The notes beneath the pieces are model-generated. The model worked only from the letters and a program-made list of their open reading frames with translations, did not search any database and was not told where the DNA came from. A DNA stretch of 32,000 nucleotides from Candidatus Saccharimonadota bacterium (GTDB lineage: Bacteria; Bacteroidota; Bacteroidia; Flavobacteriales; Blattabacteriaceae): positions 90,001 to 122,000 of the forward strand of contig NZ_CP059216.1 of assembly GCF_014252315.1 (NCBI RefSeq), written 5' to 3'. A program made the position numbers and the translations under genes. This document shows, one piece after another, positions 1 through 9,170 of the stretch. Within the stretch, counting starts at the first letter, position 1. Each line of letters begins with the position of its first letter.

Positions 1-1598
1 TTTATTCCATATTTTTTAATATATGAAAAATGAAATATAGTATTTATAATTATATTATTAATATTATTTTCTTTTTTTTTTAAAAATTTATATTTTAATA
101 ATATATATTTAATAATTTTAATAGATATACATTTTTTTATTTTATCTGGAATTGAATATAAGTATATAAAATTTTTTTCAATATTTATATTAAATCCTAA
201 TTTTTTAAAATTTTTTTTTATAAAAACAAAATTTTTTTTTATTATTCCTATTTTTATAGGAGGAATAATTTTTTTTTCTTTTATATTTTTACTATAAAAA
301 TATTCTAATAATATATTTCTATATGCTCTATATTGATCTATTAATAATATTCCTATATTGTTTACAACAATAATATATTTTTCATCTACTTGAAAAATAT
401 TTTTCCATTTATCACAATTAATTTCATTTATAATATTATTATAATTATTATATTCTTGTTTATTTATTAAATTTTTTAATAAATTTTCTAATTTAATTAT
501 TTTGTTCTTATCTTTATTTTCTACATTATTATTTGAATAATTAATAATATCATCATAATCTTTATAGTGAGAAATACCTTTATTAACATATTTGTTATTT
601 ATTATATCAATATTAAACAAAATATTTTTAATACTATTATATATTATATATCCTATATATTTTTCATTTTCTATTTGAACTTCTTTTTTTGATGGATGAA
701 TATTCCAATTGATTAAATTAGAATTTATATTAATAAAAATAAAATATGAAATTGTTTTTAAATTTCTTAAAATTCCATTATAAGCATTTATAATTTTTTT
801 ATGTAAAAAATTATTTTTTACGTTTCTTTTGTTTACTAATATTAATTGATTACCTTTTTTTGTTATTTTATTATTAGGAATACTAATAAATCCTTCTATA
901 AGAAATTTGTCTTTTTTAATTGAAATAAATTTAAATTTATATTTTTTCAATTGAAAAATATCGTAAATTCTTTTTTTTAAAGAATTTATTTTTTTATCAA
1001 AAATAAAAATAATTTTATCATTATGATAAAAACGGTATGTAATATCTCTATGCGCCAATACAATATTATAAAATTCATTAATTATATATGAGAATTCTAT
1101 TTTAGAAGATTTTAAAAATATTTTTCTAGAAGGAAAATTGTAAAAAATATTTTTTACAGAAATTCTCGTTCCTTTTATCATATCTATTGGAATTTCTTTT
1201 TTTATTTTTCCATCTTCTACAAGAAGATAAATTCCTAATTCACTATATTTATCTTTAGTTTGTATTTCCAATTGAGAAACTAAAGATATAGAAAATAAAG
1301 CTTCACCTCTAAATCCTTTTGTATCTATTTTTTGTAAATCACTTACTGATTTTATTTTAGAAGTTGCATATCTTTTTATACTTATTTTAGCATCATTAAC
1401 ACTCATACCATCACCATCATCTACTAATTGAATTAGATTTTTTCCGGAATTATTAATGAAAATATCAATTTTTTTTGCATTAGCATCTATTGAATTTTCT
1501 AAAAGTTCTCTTAAAACAGAAGAAGGTCTTTGTATTGTTTCTCCTGCTGCTATTTGATTAATTATATATTTAGGTAAAATTTTAATTACATTTTCCAT
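1..1598 (-). CDS. mutL: DNA mismatch repair protein MutL. Partial: the C-terminal end runs off the left window edge.
   Basis: Not in the ORF track because there is no stop in the window. I translated the minus strand by hand from the ATG at 1596-1598 to position 1 and found no in-frame stop. The product reads MENVIKILPKYIINQIAAGETIQRPSSVLRELLENSIDANAKKIDIFINNSGKNLIQLVDDGDGMSVNDAKISIKRYATSKI...TKGFRGEALFSIS, the GHKL ATPase motifs of MutL. Later it reads ...ILLIDQYRAYRNILLE, the MutL C-terminal dimerisation region. The start overlaps the ribH 3' end by 13 nt. Confidence 0.9.
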   Translation of the reverse strand, partial: MENVIKILPKYIINQIAAGETIQRPSSVLRELLENSIDANAKKIDIFINNSGKNLIQLVDDGDGMSVNDAKISIKRYATSKIKSVSDLQKIDTKGFRGEALFSISLVSQLEIQTKDKYSELGIYLLVEDGKIKKEIPIDMIKGTRISVKNIFYNFPSRKIFLKSSKIEFSYIINEFYNIVLAHRDITYRFYHNDKIIFIFDKKINSLKKRIYDIFQLKKYKFKFISIKKDKFLIEGFISIPNNKITKKGNQLILVNKRNVKNNFLHKKIINAYNGILRNLKTISYFIFININSNLINWNIHPSKKEVQIENEKYIGYIIYNSIKNILFNIDIINNKYVNKGISHYKDYDDIINYSNNNVENKDKNKIIKLENLLKNLINKQEYNNYNNIINEINCDKWKNIFQVDEKYIIVVNNIGILLIDQYRAYRNILLEYFYSKNIKEKKIIPPIKIGIIKKNFVFIKKNFKKLGFNINIEKNFIYLYSIPDKIKKCISIKIIKYILLKYKFLKKKENNINNIIINTIFHFSYIKKYGI

Positions 1599-2080
1599 TC
1601 TGTAATAGATCTTTTAAATAAAGACATATATATTGCAGCTTTTGCACATTCTATTCCTTTGTTTCCAACTTTTCCACCAGATCTATCAATAGATTGTTGT
1701 TTATTTTTATCTGTTAAAACACAAAATATAATAGGAATATTATATTTAATATTTATATCTTTTATTCCTTGTGATATTGATTGACATAAATATTTAAAAT
1801 GAAAAGTCTCTCCTTTAATTAGAGATCCTATTACAATTATAGAATCAAAAATATAAAGACGAGCTATTTCTTTAGAAGAAAAAATTAATTCGTAACTACC
1901 AGGAACTTTCCATGTTTTTATAAAATCTTTTTTAATTCCAAAATTAATTAAAGTATAATAAGCTCCTTTATATAATCTATTAGTAATTAATTTATTCCAT
2001 AAAGATACAACAATTGCTATCTTTATATTTTTACTTTTTATATCATTTTTATCTAATAAATAATTAGAATTTATTTTCAT
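1586..2080 (-). CDS. ribH: 6,7-dimethyl-8-ribityllumazine synthase
   Basis: 164 aa. Typical lumazine synthase layout: IAIVVSLWN..., VPGSYELIF, IVIGSLIKGETFHFKYLCQ, and GNKGIECAKAAI near the C-terminus. Confidence 0.93.
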   Translation of the reverse strand: MKINSNYLLDKNDIKSKNIKIAIVVSLWNKLITNRLYKGAYYTLINFGIKKDFIKTWKVPGSYELIFSSKEIARLYIFDSIIVIGSLIKGETFHFKYLCQSISQGIKDINIKYNIPIIFCVLTDKNKQQSIDRSGGKVGNKGIECAKAAIYMSLFKRSITEWKM

Positions 2081-2697
2081 GTTAAAATTTTATTTTCAAT
2101 AAAAGATATATATTTTTCTACGTCATCTATATATATAAAAGAAGGATATTTATTTTCTATTTCTTTTAAATAATATTTTGATTCTTTATATTTGTTGTCA
2201 CAAAGATATAATAAAGCAGCTTTATAATAATATAAAGGAGTATTTATCTCATTAATTTTTATAGTAGAAGCTATAATATAATTATTTATAGCTTTTTTTT
2301 TATCATTCATTTGTAAATATGCATCACCAATAATTCCATATTTTATAGAAGACATAATTTCATCTTTTGAATGAAATTTTTTCATCATATCTATACATTT
2401 TTCATAATTGTATAAATCATAATAACAAATTCCTGCGTAAAAATTAGCTATATTTCCAGCATTAGTAAATGGATATTTATATGATATATTTGATAATCCT
2501 AAATAATCTTTTCTAATATTTTTTTCATTTAAAGCTTTTTCAATCATTCCTTTATATAAAAATTGTTGTGCATAATTTAATTCGTTTATTGATTTATCAG
2601 ATAAATCTTTAAAAAATTTTATAGAAAAAAATGTAATTATAACTATTATAAATAGTATTAATAATAAATATGTTTTTTTTGATTTTGTTATTATCAT
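2077..2697 (-). CDS. Membrane-anchored TPR-like protein (YfgM/UPF0070-like), the kind commonly found next to ribH in Flavobacteriia
   Basis: 206 aa. It has an N-terminal hydrophobic anchor (YLLLILFIIVIITFF). This is followed by AQQFLYKG...NAGNIANFYAGICYYDLYNYEKCIDMMKKF...IGDAYLQMNDKKKAINNY, a TPR-like helical repeat pattern. Its TGA stop overlaps the ribH ATG (ATGA at 2077-2080). Confidence 0.6.
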   Translation of the reverse strand: MIITKSKKTYLLLILFIIVIITFFSIKFFKDLSDKSINELNYAQQFLYKGMIEKALNEKNIRKDYLGLSNISYKYPFTNAGNIANFYAGICYYDLYNYEKCIDMMKKFHSKDEIMSSIKYGIIGDAYLQMNDKKKAINNYIIASTIKINEINTPLYYYKAALLYLCDNKYKESKYYLKEIENKYPSFIYIDDVEKYISFIENKILT

Positions 2698-2724
2698 AAA
2701 AAATATTAAAATTTATATTATTAT

Positions 2725-4074
2725 TTATAATTCTTTTGAATTAATTTCACATAATTTATTTCTTATAACTTCTATAGTTTTTATTCTTTTATCATTAATA
2801 CTTTTTATAATAAATGAATAATTTAAAAAATTTATTTTTTGTTTTAACTTAGGAAAATCTTTATTTATTTCCATTATAAATCCACCTAAAGTATCTGCAT
2901 CTCCTTTATTTTTTTCAAAAAAAATTTCTTCTTTTACATTCATAATACGATAAAAATTAATTAAAGATGTTTTTCCATCAAAAAAATAATTGTTTACGTT
3001 TATTTTTGAATAAGTTGAATTTTCTTTATCAAATTCATCAATAATATCTCCTACTATTTCTTCAACAACATCTTCAAGTGTAACTAATCCACAAGTTCCT
3101 CCATATTCATCTACTACAATAGCAAGATGTAATTTTTTAACTTTAAAATCGCTTAATAAATCATCTATTTTCTTTTTTTCTGGAACAAAAAAAGGATTAT
3201 GAATTAATTTATTCCATTTGTAATTATCATAATATATAAATGGTAAAAGATCTTTAGTAAAAAGAACACCTTCTATATTATCAATACTATTTTTATATAT
3301 AGGAACTCTAGAATATCTTTTATTTTGAATTAATTTTAATAGTTTAGAAAAACTTGTTTTTTTATTTAAAGCAAACATATCTATTCTTGGAGTCATAATC
3401 TGATGTATTTCTATACTACCGAAATCAACAATTTTTTGTAGAAATTGACGTTCTTTTATATTTTTTTGATTTAAAGTTATTTTTAAAGCTTTTGATAATT
3501 GATCAACAGATATATAATTTATTTTTTTAGTTATTTTATTTTCAATAAATTCTGATATAAAAATCATTATTTTATTAATTGGATCAAGTATTTTACTAAG
3601 AAATTCTATTGGTTTAGACATAAAAATAGAAAAACGGAAACTATTTCTACTAGCATATATTTTTGGAATTATTTCTCCAAATAAAAGTAATACAAAAGTT
3701 AAAAATATTACTTCTATTAAAAAATTAATTGAAACAATAAACATTTTACATATAACAAAATATTTTGTTTTAATAAATTTTCTTATTAAATAGGAAGTAA
3801 TTATTACAATTCCAATATTAGAAAAGTTATTTGAAATTAATATTGTTGCTAATAATTTCTTTTTATTTTTAATTATTTTTAATAAAATGTTTTTTTCTAC
3901 AGATTTTTTTTTATTTTCTTTATTAATAATATTTTTATCAAGACTAAAAAAAGATGTTTCTGAACCAGAAATTAAAGAAGAAAATAATAATAATATAATA
4001 GTCAATAATATATGAAAAATTAGATACAAAGTTTTTTCCAAGAAAAAAATATTCGTAGAAGATCCTTTTTCCAA
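2725..4074 (-). CDS. gldE: CNNM/CorC-HlyC family transmembrane protein with CBS pair (GldE-like)
   Basis: 449 aa. It has an N-terminal DUF21-type multi-TM region (SGSETSFFSL, LATILISNN, GEIIPK). This is followed by a CBS-pair region (IMTPRIDMFAL...YSRVPIY...IEGVLFTKDLL) and a CorC_HlyC C-terminal domain (LAIVVDEYGGTCGLVTLEDVVEEIVGDI). The only available start is TTG at 4072-4074, because an in-frame stop lies two codons upstream. Confidence 0.8.
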   Translation of the reverse strand: MEKGSSTNIFFLEKTLYLIFHILLTIILLLFSSLISGSETSFFSLDKNIINKENKKKSVEKNILLKIIKNKKKLLATILISNNFSNIGIVIITSYLIRKFIKTKYFVICKMFIVSINFLIEVIFLTFVLLLFGEIIPKIYASRNSFRFSIFMSKPIEFLSKILDPINKIMIFISEFIENKITKKINYISVDQLSKALKITLNQKNIKERQFLQKIVDFGSIEIHQIMTPRIDMFALNKKTSFSKLLKLIQNKRYSRVPIYKNSIDNIEGVLFTKDLLPFIYYDNYKWNKLIHNPFFVPEKKKIDDLLSDFKVKKLHLAIVVDEYGGTCGLVTLEDVVEEIVGDIIDEFDKENSTYSKINVNNYFFDGKTSLINFYRIMNVKEEIFFEKNKGDADTLGGFIMEINKDFPKLKQKINFLNYSFIIKSINDKRIKTIEVIRNKLCEINSKEL

Positions 4075-4223
4075 GAGTTATATATTTTTATAGTCTAATT
4101 TATTAAAATTAAATTATTTTTTTGTCCTCTAATAAATGTACAATAGGTTTTTAGCATATAATTAATAAAATAATTAATGTTATTTTTAAATATAATATTA
4201 TAATTTATTATAATATATTTTTT

Positions 4224-4283
4224 TTTATATTCTAGTATAGATAATAGTATAGATTATAGATAGTTTATATTCTAGTATAGATA
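4224..4283. repeat. Perfect 20-bp direct repeat TTTATATTCTAGTATAGATA at 4224-4243 and 4264-4283 (40-bp period), with a third copy of the TAGTATAGAT core at 4245-4254
   Basis: Read directly from the sequence. It lies in the 462-bp gldE/HU divergent spacer. The core TAGTATAGAT occurs at 4233, 4245 and 4273. Confidence 0.85.
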
Positions 4284-4536
4284 GAATGATATTGATATAT
4301 ATAGTAGAAAATACTAAACTATTTAGTTTATATAAAAAAAATTTTATTTATCTGAATAAAATAATATTTAATATTATTATAGATATTTAATTTTATAAAT
4401 TTGTTTTTTATTATAAAAATTTATATCAAATAAGTTTTAATAACAATTTTATAAAAAAATTGGTATATTTATAAAATGTATTTTTTTTAATATCATATAT
4501 ACAAAGGAATTTTGTTATTTGATACAATGATTTAAC

Positions 4537-4842
4537 ATGACAAAAGCAGATATAATAACAGAAATCATATCAGAAACTGGATCTGAAAGAATTGATGCAC
4601 AAAAAGTTATAGAAACATTTATGGATAAAATAAAAAAAAGTCTTACGTCAGGTGAGAATGTTTATTTGAGAGGATTTGGTTCCTTTATTATAAAATACAG
4701 AGCAAAAAAACTTGGACGTCATATATCTAAAGATATATCTATTGTAATACCTGCGCATAACATTCCAGCATTTAAACCATCAAAATCTTTTACTGAATCA
4801 GTAAAAAAAAATGTTCCTATAAAAAAAAATAGGAATAAATAA
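4537..4842 (+). CDS. hup: HU/IHF-family nucleoid DNA-binding protein
   Basis: 101 aa. MTKADIITEI...VYLRGFGSFIIKYRAKKLGRHISKDISIVIPAHNIPAFKPSKSF is the canonical HU fold signature (RGFGxF ... R.GRNP-like arm ... F.P), with a K-rich tail. Confidence 0.9.
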   Translation: MTKADIITEIISETGSERIDAQKVIETFMDKIKKSLTSGENVYLRGFGSFIIKYRAKKLGRHISKDISIVIPAHNIPAFKPSKSFTESVKKNVPIKKNRNK

Positions 4843-4855
4843 TAAAATATAATTT

Positions 4856-4948
4856 ATGCCAAACGGGAAAAAAAGAAAAAGACGTAAAATAGCTACTCAT
4901 AAAAGAAAAAAAAGAAATAGAAAAAATAGACACAAAAAAAAGAAATAA
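4856..4948 (+). CDS. Small K/R-rich peptide, bS22-like (AURKAIP1/COX24-type) putative ribosomal protein
   Basis: Absent from the ORF track because it is too short. The ATG lies 13 nt after the HU stop. The 30-codon ORF is MPNGKKRKRRKIATHKRKKRNRKNRHKKKK followed by TAA. The pattern GKKRKR.K.A.HKRKKR.RKNRHKK resembles the ~30-aa bS22 family known from mycobacterial ribosomes. I recall that family being present in Bacteroidota. Confidence 0.55.
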   Translation: MPNGKKRKRRKIATHKRKKRNRKNRHKKKK

Positions 4949-5103
4949 TTTTTTTAATTTAATATAAAATAAATAATAACTTCCTATTTCTAAATTTATT
5001 CCTTATACTTTTATTTATGTAAATACTTTTTTTCATTTTCACAAAAAAAAATTTACTTTTTTATATTTATATAAAAAATATATTAAATACTTATTTTTTT
5101 TCA

Positions 5104-5193
5104 GTGGGCGTGGTGAAATTGGTAGACACATCAGAATTAGGATCTGATGCTTAATTAAAAAATAGCATAAGGGTTCGAATCCCTTCGTCCACA
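5104..5193 (+). tRNA. tRNA-Leu (anticodon UAG), class II with a long AT-rich variable arm; no encoded CCA
   Basis: The cloverleaf can be read by hand. The acceptor is GTGGGCG/CGTCCAC with one G-T pair. The D region is GGTGAAATTGGTAGACAC. The anticodon stem is TCAGA/TCTGA with loop ATTAGGA. The T arm is AAGGG-TTCGAAT-CCCTT and the discriminator is A. Confidence 0.9.
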
Positions 5194-5219
5194 TACATAT
5201 AAAAATATTTACTAATTTA

Positions 5220-6488
5220 TTAGTTAATATTTCTTTTCTTATATCCTATATAAATTTGTCTAGGCCTTCCTATTGGATCCATATTTTTTTTCATTTCTTT
5301 CCAATGAGCCATCCATCCTGGAAGTCTTCCTAAAGCAAACATAACTGTATACATATCTTTAGGAATTCCTATTATTTTATAAATAATACCGGAATAAAAA
5401 TCAATATTTGGATAAAGTTTTTTTTCTAAAAAATATGAATCTTTCAATGCATTATTTTCTAATTCTTTTGCTATTTCTAATATTGGATTATTAGATATAT
5501 TTAATTCTTTAATTAAATCTTCTGCTACATTTTTTGCTATTTTTGCTCTAGGATCAAAATTTTTATATATTCTATGTCCAAATCCCATTAAACGAAATGG
5601 ATTTTTTTTATCTTTAGCTTTATTTATCCATTTATATATATTTCCACCATCCTTCAAAATAAATTCTAACATTTCAATTACAGCTTGATTAGCTCCTCCA
5701 TGAAGTCTTCCCCAAAGAGCATTAATTCCAGCAGATATAGCTGATAGTAAATTTGAATGAGCAGATCCTAATAATCGTACAGTAGTAGTTGAACAATTTT
5801 GTTCATGATCAATATGTAAAATCAATAATTTATCTAATGCATTTGTTATAATAGATTTTTTATTACAAAATTTATCAGACGAAGAAAAAAACATATTTAA
5901 TAAATTATGAGTATAATATAATTTTTTATTATAATCATAATCATAATTACAAATAGATAATCCTAATTTTTTTCTATAAATTGATGCAATTAATATAGGA
6001 AACTTTGCTAAAAGATGATAATATAAATTTTCATTATTTGATGATAAAACATTATTCATAAATGCAAATAAAATATTTACTATAGAAGATAACATTCCCA
6101 TTGGATGATAATATTTTGGTATATTATCCAATATTTTATAAATTTTATCTTCTATAAAATATAAATCATATATATTTTTAGAAAATAATTTTAATTGATC
6201 TTTATTAGGAAGTTCTCCATTTAATATAAGATAACTTGCTTCTATAAATGAACATTTTCTAATTACTTGATCAATAGGATATCCTCTATATAAAAGTTCT
6301 CCTTTTTCTCCATTTATAAAACTAATAGAACTTTTTGTTATTCCTGTATTTTTTAATCCTGGATCAAAAGTAATAAGTCTAGTATTTTCTCTTAATTGAG
6401 AAATATCAATAGCTTTATCAAAAGTTCCATTAATTAATGGAAGCTTGTAACAATATCCATTGATATCAAAATTAACAATACTACACAT
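5220..6488 (-). CDS. gltA: Citrate synthase (type II)
   Basis: 422 aa with citrate synthase catalytic signatures: HIDHEQNCSTTTVRLLGS, GRLHGGANQAV, MGFGHRIYKNFDPRA, and DFYSG...GRLPGWMAHW. Confidence 0.95.
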   Translation of the reverse strand: MCSIVNFDINGYCYKLPLINGTFDKAIDISQLRENTRLITFDPGLKNTGITKSSISFINGEKGELLYRGYPIDQVIRKCSFIEASYLILNGELPNKDQLKLFSKNIYDLYFIEDKIYKILDNIPKYYHPMGMLSSIVNILFAFMNNVLSSNNENLYYHLLAKFPILIASIYRKKLGLSICNYDYDYNKKLYYTHNLLNMFFSSSDKFCNKKSIITNALDKLLILHIDHEQNCSTTTVRLLGSAHSNLLSAISAGINALWGRLHGGANQAVIEMLEFILKDGGNIYKWINKAKDKKNPFRLMGFGHRIYKNFDPRAKIAKNVAEDLIKELNISNNPILEIAKELENNALKDSYFLEKKLYPNIDFYSGIIYKIIGIPKDMYTVMFALGRLPGWMAHWKEMKKNMDPIGRPRQIYIGYKKRNIN

Positions 6489-6529
6489 AATAATATTTCA
6501 ATTTTTTTGTTTAAAAAATTAAATTATAA

Positions 6530-7456
6530 TTAAAAAATCATTTTATCAAATGATATAATAGTATTAAATCCTTTTTTAGAAAAATATTTTTTCATGCCTT
6601 TTCTAAAACTAATTAACACAAAATCGCCTCCCCATGCTCCTAAACTTTTAACTAATCCTAAATAATCCGGAAAATATATTTCTTTAATAGTAGGTAAATT
6701 AAGTATTTTTGATATAATTTTTTCATGATTCAATAATAATTCTTCAAATTCATTTAATTTTTTACAAAATAAAACTTTCCAGGTTATAAAAGATATAGAT
6801 TCTATAATTTTTTTATTAGGTATATTATTATAACGAAATAAATTTATACATTTAGTTGTATTTTGTTTTTTATTTAGATGTAAAAAAAATAATTTATTTT
6901 TAAATGGAGGATTAAAATTTATAGGAATATAAAAAGGCATTGTATCATAATATTTATAAATAATTGGTTTTGATATTGATACACATGCTATGTCATAACC
7001 ACTTCCTGGAAAATTTTCATTATCTAATAATTCAAATGGATTTATATTAGCCCATTTAGCTATATTATTTATTAAAGTAGAACTACTTCCTAATCCCCAA
7101 TCTATAGAAAATTGTAAATATGTATTAACATATATGCTTAATGATTCTTTTAAAAATTTTTTCTTAATTTTTTTAGATTTTAATAACAAATTTCTTAATC
7201 TAATAGCAATATTTTTTTCTGTGTTATAAAAAATTTCTAAATAAGGTAATCGAAAAATTGCTTCAAACCAAATATTATGATTTTTATCATAACTTTTCCA
7301 ATGTAATATAGAAGAAGTATCTTTATTTTCAATAACAGTTAACAATTGTCCTTTTACAGTAGGTAAAGCTACTCCCAGAGCTCCAAATAAAATTACATAT
7401 TCTCCAGTTAATAATAATTTTCCATGACTATAAAAAAAACTTTTTTTATAATGCAT
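6530..7456 (-). CDS. GHMP-family kinase of the 'GYDIA' subfamily (mevalonate-pathway-associated; likely phosphomevalonate-kinase-like)
   Basis: 308 aa. It contains GKLLLTGEYVILFGALGVALP, the GHMP ATP-binding motif GLGSSSTL, and the literal GYDIACV motif that names the Bacteroidota GYDIA GHMP kinase family. Confidence 0.75.
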   Translation of the reverse strand: MHYKKSFFYSHGKLLLTGEYVILFGALGVALPTVKGQLLTVIENKDTSSILHWKSYDKNHNIWFEAIFRLPYLEIFYNTEKNIAIRLRNLLLKSKKIKKKFLKESLSIYVNTYLQFSIDWGLGSSSTLINNIAKWANINPFELLDNENFPGSGYDIACVSISKPIIYKYYDTMPFYIPINFNPPFKNKLFFLHLNKKQNTTKCINLFRYNNIPNKKIIESISFITWKVLFCKKLNEFEELLLNHEKIISKILNLPTIKEIYFPDYLGLVKSLGAWGGDFVLISFRKGMKKYFSKKGFNTIISFDKMIF

Positions 7457-7476
7457 TATTAATTAATATTTACATT

Positions 7477-8343
7477 TTACATTTTTTTTTTAAAATTTTT
7501 TATATATTTTTCTGCCATATTTTTTAATATTTTTCCTGGTCCTATTTCTATAAAAGAATTTGCTCCGTTAATAATCATACTTCTTATAGAATGCATCCAT
7601 TTTACTGGAGAAAAAATCTGTTTAATAATATTTTTTTTTATTTCATTAGGATTTGATACTGGTAATCCATTAACATTTTGATAAATAGGAAATTTTGGTT
7701 TTTTAAAATCAATTTTATTAACAATAATTTCAAAATCTTTTTTAGCCAATTTCATGATTGGAGAATGAAACGCTCCATGAACAGGAAGGCAAATTATTTT
7801 TTTTGCTCCTATTCTACTTAAAATAGAACATACTCTTTTAACAGAAAGAGATTCTCCAGAAATAACTAATTGATTAGGGGAATTATAATTAGATACTACA
7901 ACGATTCCATTATCTTTTTTACAAATATGTTCTATAATTTTATGATTTAATCCAAAAATAACCATCATTTTTCCTGGAATAGTTTCACAAATTTTTTGCA
8001 TTATATTTGCTCTTTCATATACTAATTTTAATCCGTCTTCAAAAGATAAAACATTAGCAGATGTTAAAGCTGATAATTCTCCTAAAGAATTTCCTGCCAC
8101 CATATCTGGTTCAAATTTATAGATCATTGTTTCTATTATTGAATAAATATATATAGATAATTGTGCATTTTTTGTTTTCTTTAAATCTTCTTTAGATCCT
8201 TCAAACATAATTGATGTTATATAAAATCCAAGAATATCATTAGCTTTATGAAAAATTTTTTTTGCTAAATCATTTTTTTCATATAATTTTTTTCCCATTC
8301 CTGGATATTGACTTCCTTGTCCAGAAAATAAATAAGCTTTCAT
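7477..8343 (-). CDS. fabD: Malonyl-CoA:ACP transacylase
   Basis: 288 aa. It contains FSGQGSQYPGMG, the active-site GNSLGELSAL (GHSLGE-type), and VHGAFHSPIM. Confidence 0.95.
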   Translation of the reverse strand: MKAYLFSGQGSQYPGMGKKLYEKNDLAKKIFHKANDILGFYITSIMFEGSKEDLKKTKNAQLSIYIYSIIETMIYKFEPDMVAGNSLGELSALTSANVLSFEDGLKLVYERANIMQKICETIPGKMMVIFGLNHKIIEHICKKDNGIVVVSNYNSPNQLVISGESLSVKRVCSILSRIGAKKIICLPVHGAFHSPIMKLAKKDFEIIVNKIDFKKPKFPIYQNVNGLPVSNPNEIKKNIIKQIFSPVKWMHSIRSMIINGANSFIEIGPGKILKNMAEKYIKNFKKKM

Positions 8344-8399
8344 ATCAAATAATACGTAAAAAATTTTGTTTAATTTAACATTAAAATTAAATATATATT

Positions 8400-9170
8400 A
8401 TGAATATAACCGATACTCATGCTCATTTATATATGAAAGATTTTAATAATGATATAGATAACGTAATTAATAGATCTATAAAAGAAGGAATAACTAAAAT
8501 TTTAATACCTTCTGTAAATAATTCAACTGTACAAAATATTATTAAATTAAAAAATAAATATCCCAACATATGTTATCCAATGGTTGGATTACATCCAAAT
8601 TATGTTTTTCCAAATTTATTAAATAAAGAATTGATTAAAATAGAAAAATGGTTGGAAAATTATTCATTTATATCAATAGGAGAAATAGGTATAGATTTAT
8701 ATTCTAATAATAAGAAATTTCTTTTTGAACAAGAATATGCATTTAAAAGACAAATAAATTTTGCTAAGGAAAAAAAACTTCCAATAGTAATACACTGTAG
8801 AAATGCTTTTGATTATGTTTTTAAGTTTTTAAAAAAAAATAATTCATCAATAAAAGGAGTTTTTCATTGTTTTTCCGGAAATTTTAATCAAGCTAAAAAA
8901 ATTATTGATATTGGAATGAAATTGGGAATAGGAGGGTTGATTACTTTTAAAAATAACCATATTAAGAATTTTCTAAAAAAAATTAGTATAGAAAATATAG
9001 TATTAGAAACAGATTCTCCATATCTTTCTCCACATCCTATCAGAGGAAAAAGAAATGAACCATCAAATATAAGAATTATACTAAAAAAAATATCAGATAT
9101 TTATTCATTATCAGAAAAAAAAATTATTAATATTATTAATAAAAATGTAAAAAATTTATTTTTTAATTAA
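8400..9170 (+). CDS. tatD: TatD-family metal-dependent hydrolase/DNase
   Basis: 256 aa. It contains [31 protein letters not shown] and ETDSPYLSP, the standard TatD metal-ligand motifs. Confidence 0.9.
   Translation: MNITDTHAHLYMKDFNNDIDNVINRSIKEGITKILIPSVNNSTVQNIIKLKNKYPNICYPMVGLHPNYVFPNLLNKELIKIEKWLENYSFISIGEIGIDLYSNNKKFLFEQEYAFKRQINFAKEKKLPIVIHCRNAFDYVFKFLKKNNSSIKGVFHCFSGNFNQAKKIIDIGMKLGIGGLITFKNNHIKNFLKKISIENIVLETDSPYLSPHPIRGKRNEPSNIRIILKKISDIYSLSEKKIINIINKNVKNLFFN

Noticed and set aside
2077-2079. UGA-to-Trp recoding, as seen in some tiny symbiont genomes
   Set aside because: TGA serves as the stop of the TPR gene in the ATGA overlap with ribH. All conserved proteins are full length under the standard code, so there is no sign of recoding.
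4224-4283. Possible CRISPR or mobile-element terminal repeats
   Set aside because: There are only two 20-bp copies with a 20-bp gap, no cas genes, no transposase, and no inverted terminal repeats flanking an ORF.
4075-4536. Calling the long repeat-bearing spacer a replication origin
   Set aside because: I see no DnaA-box-like 9-mers (TTATCCACA family), no adjacent dnaA/dnaN, and I cannot compute skew from one window. It is reported only as an unexplained region.
4440-4536. Bacteroidota-type promoter (-33 TTTG / -7 TAnnTTTG) upstream of HU
   Set aside because: Only imperfect matches are present (for example TTATTTG at about 4513-4519). In this composition such near-matches are ubiquitous, so I annotate no promoter.
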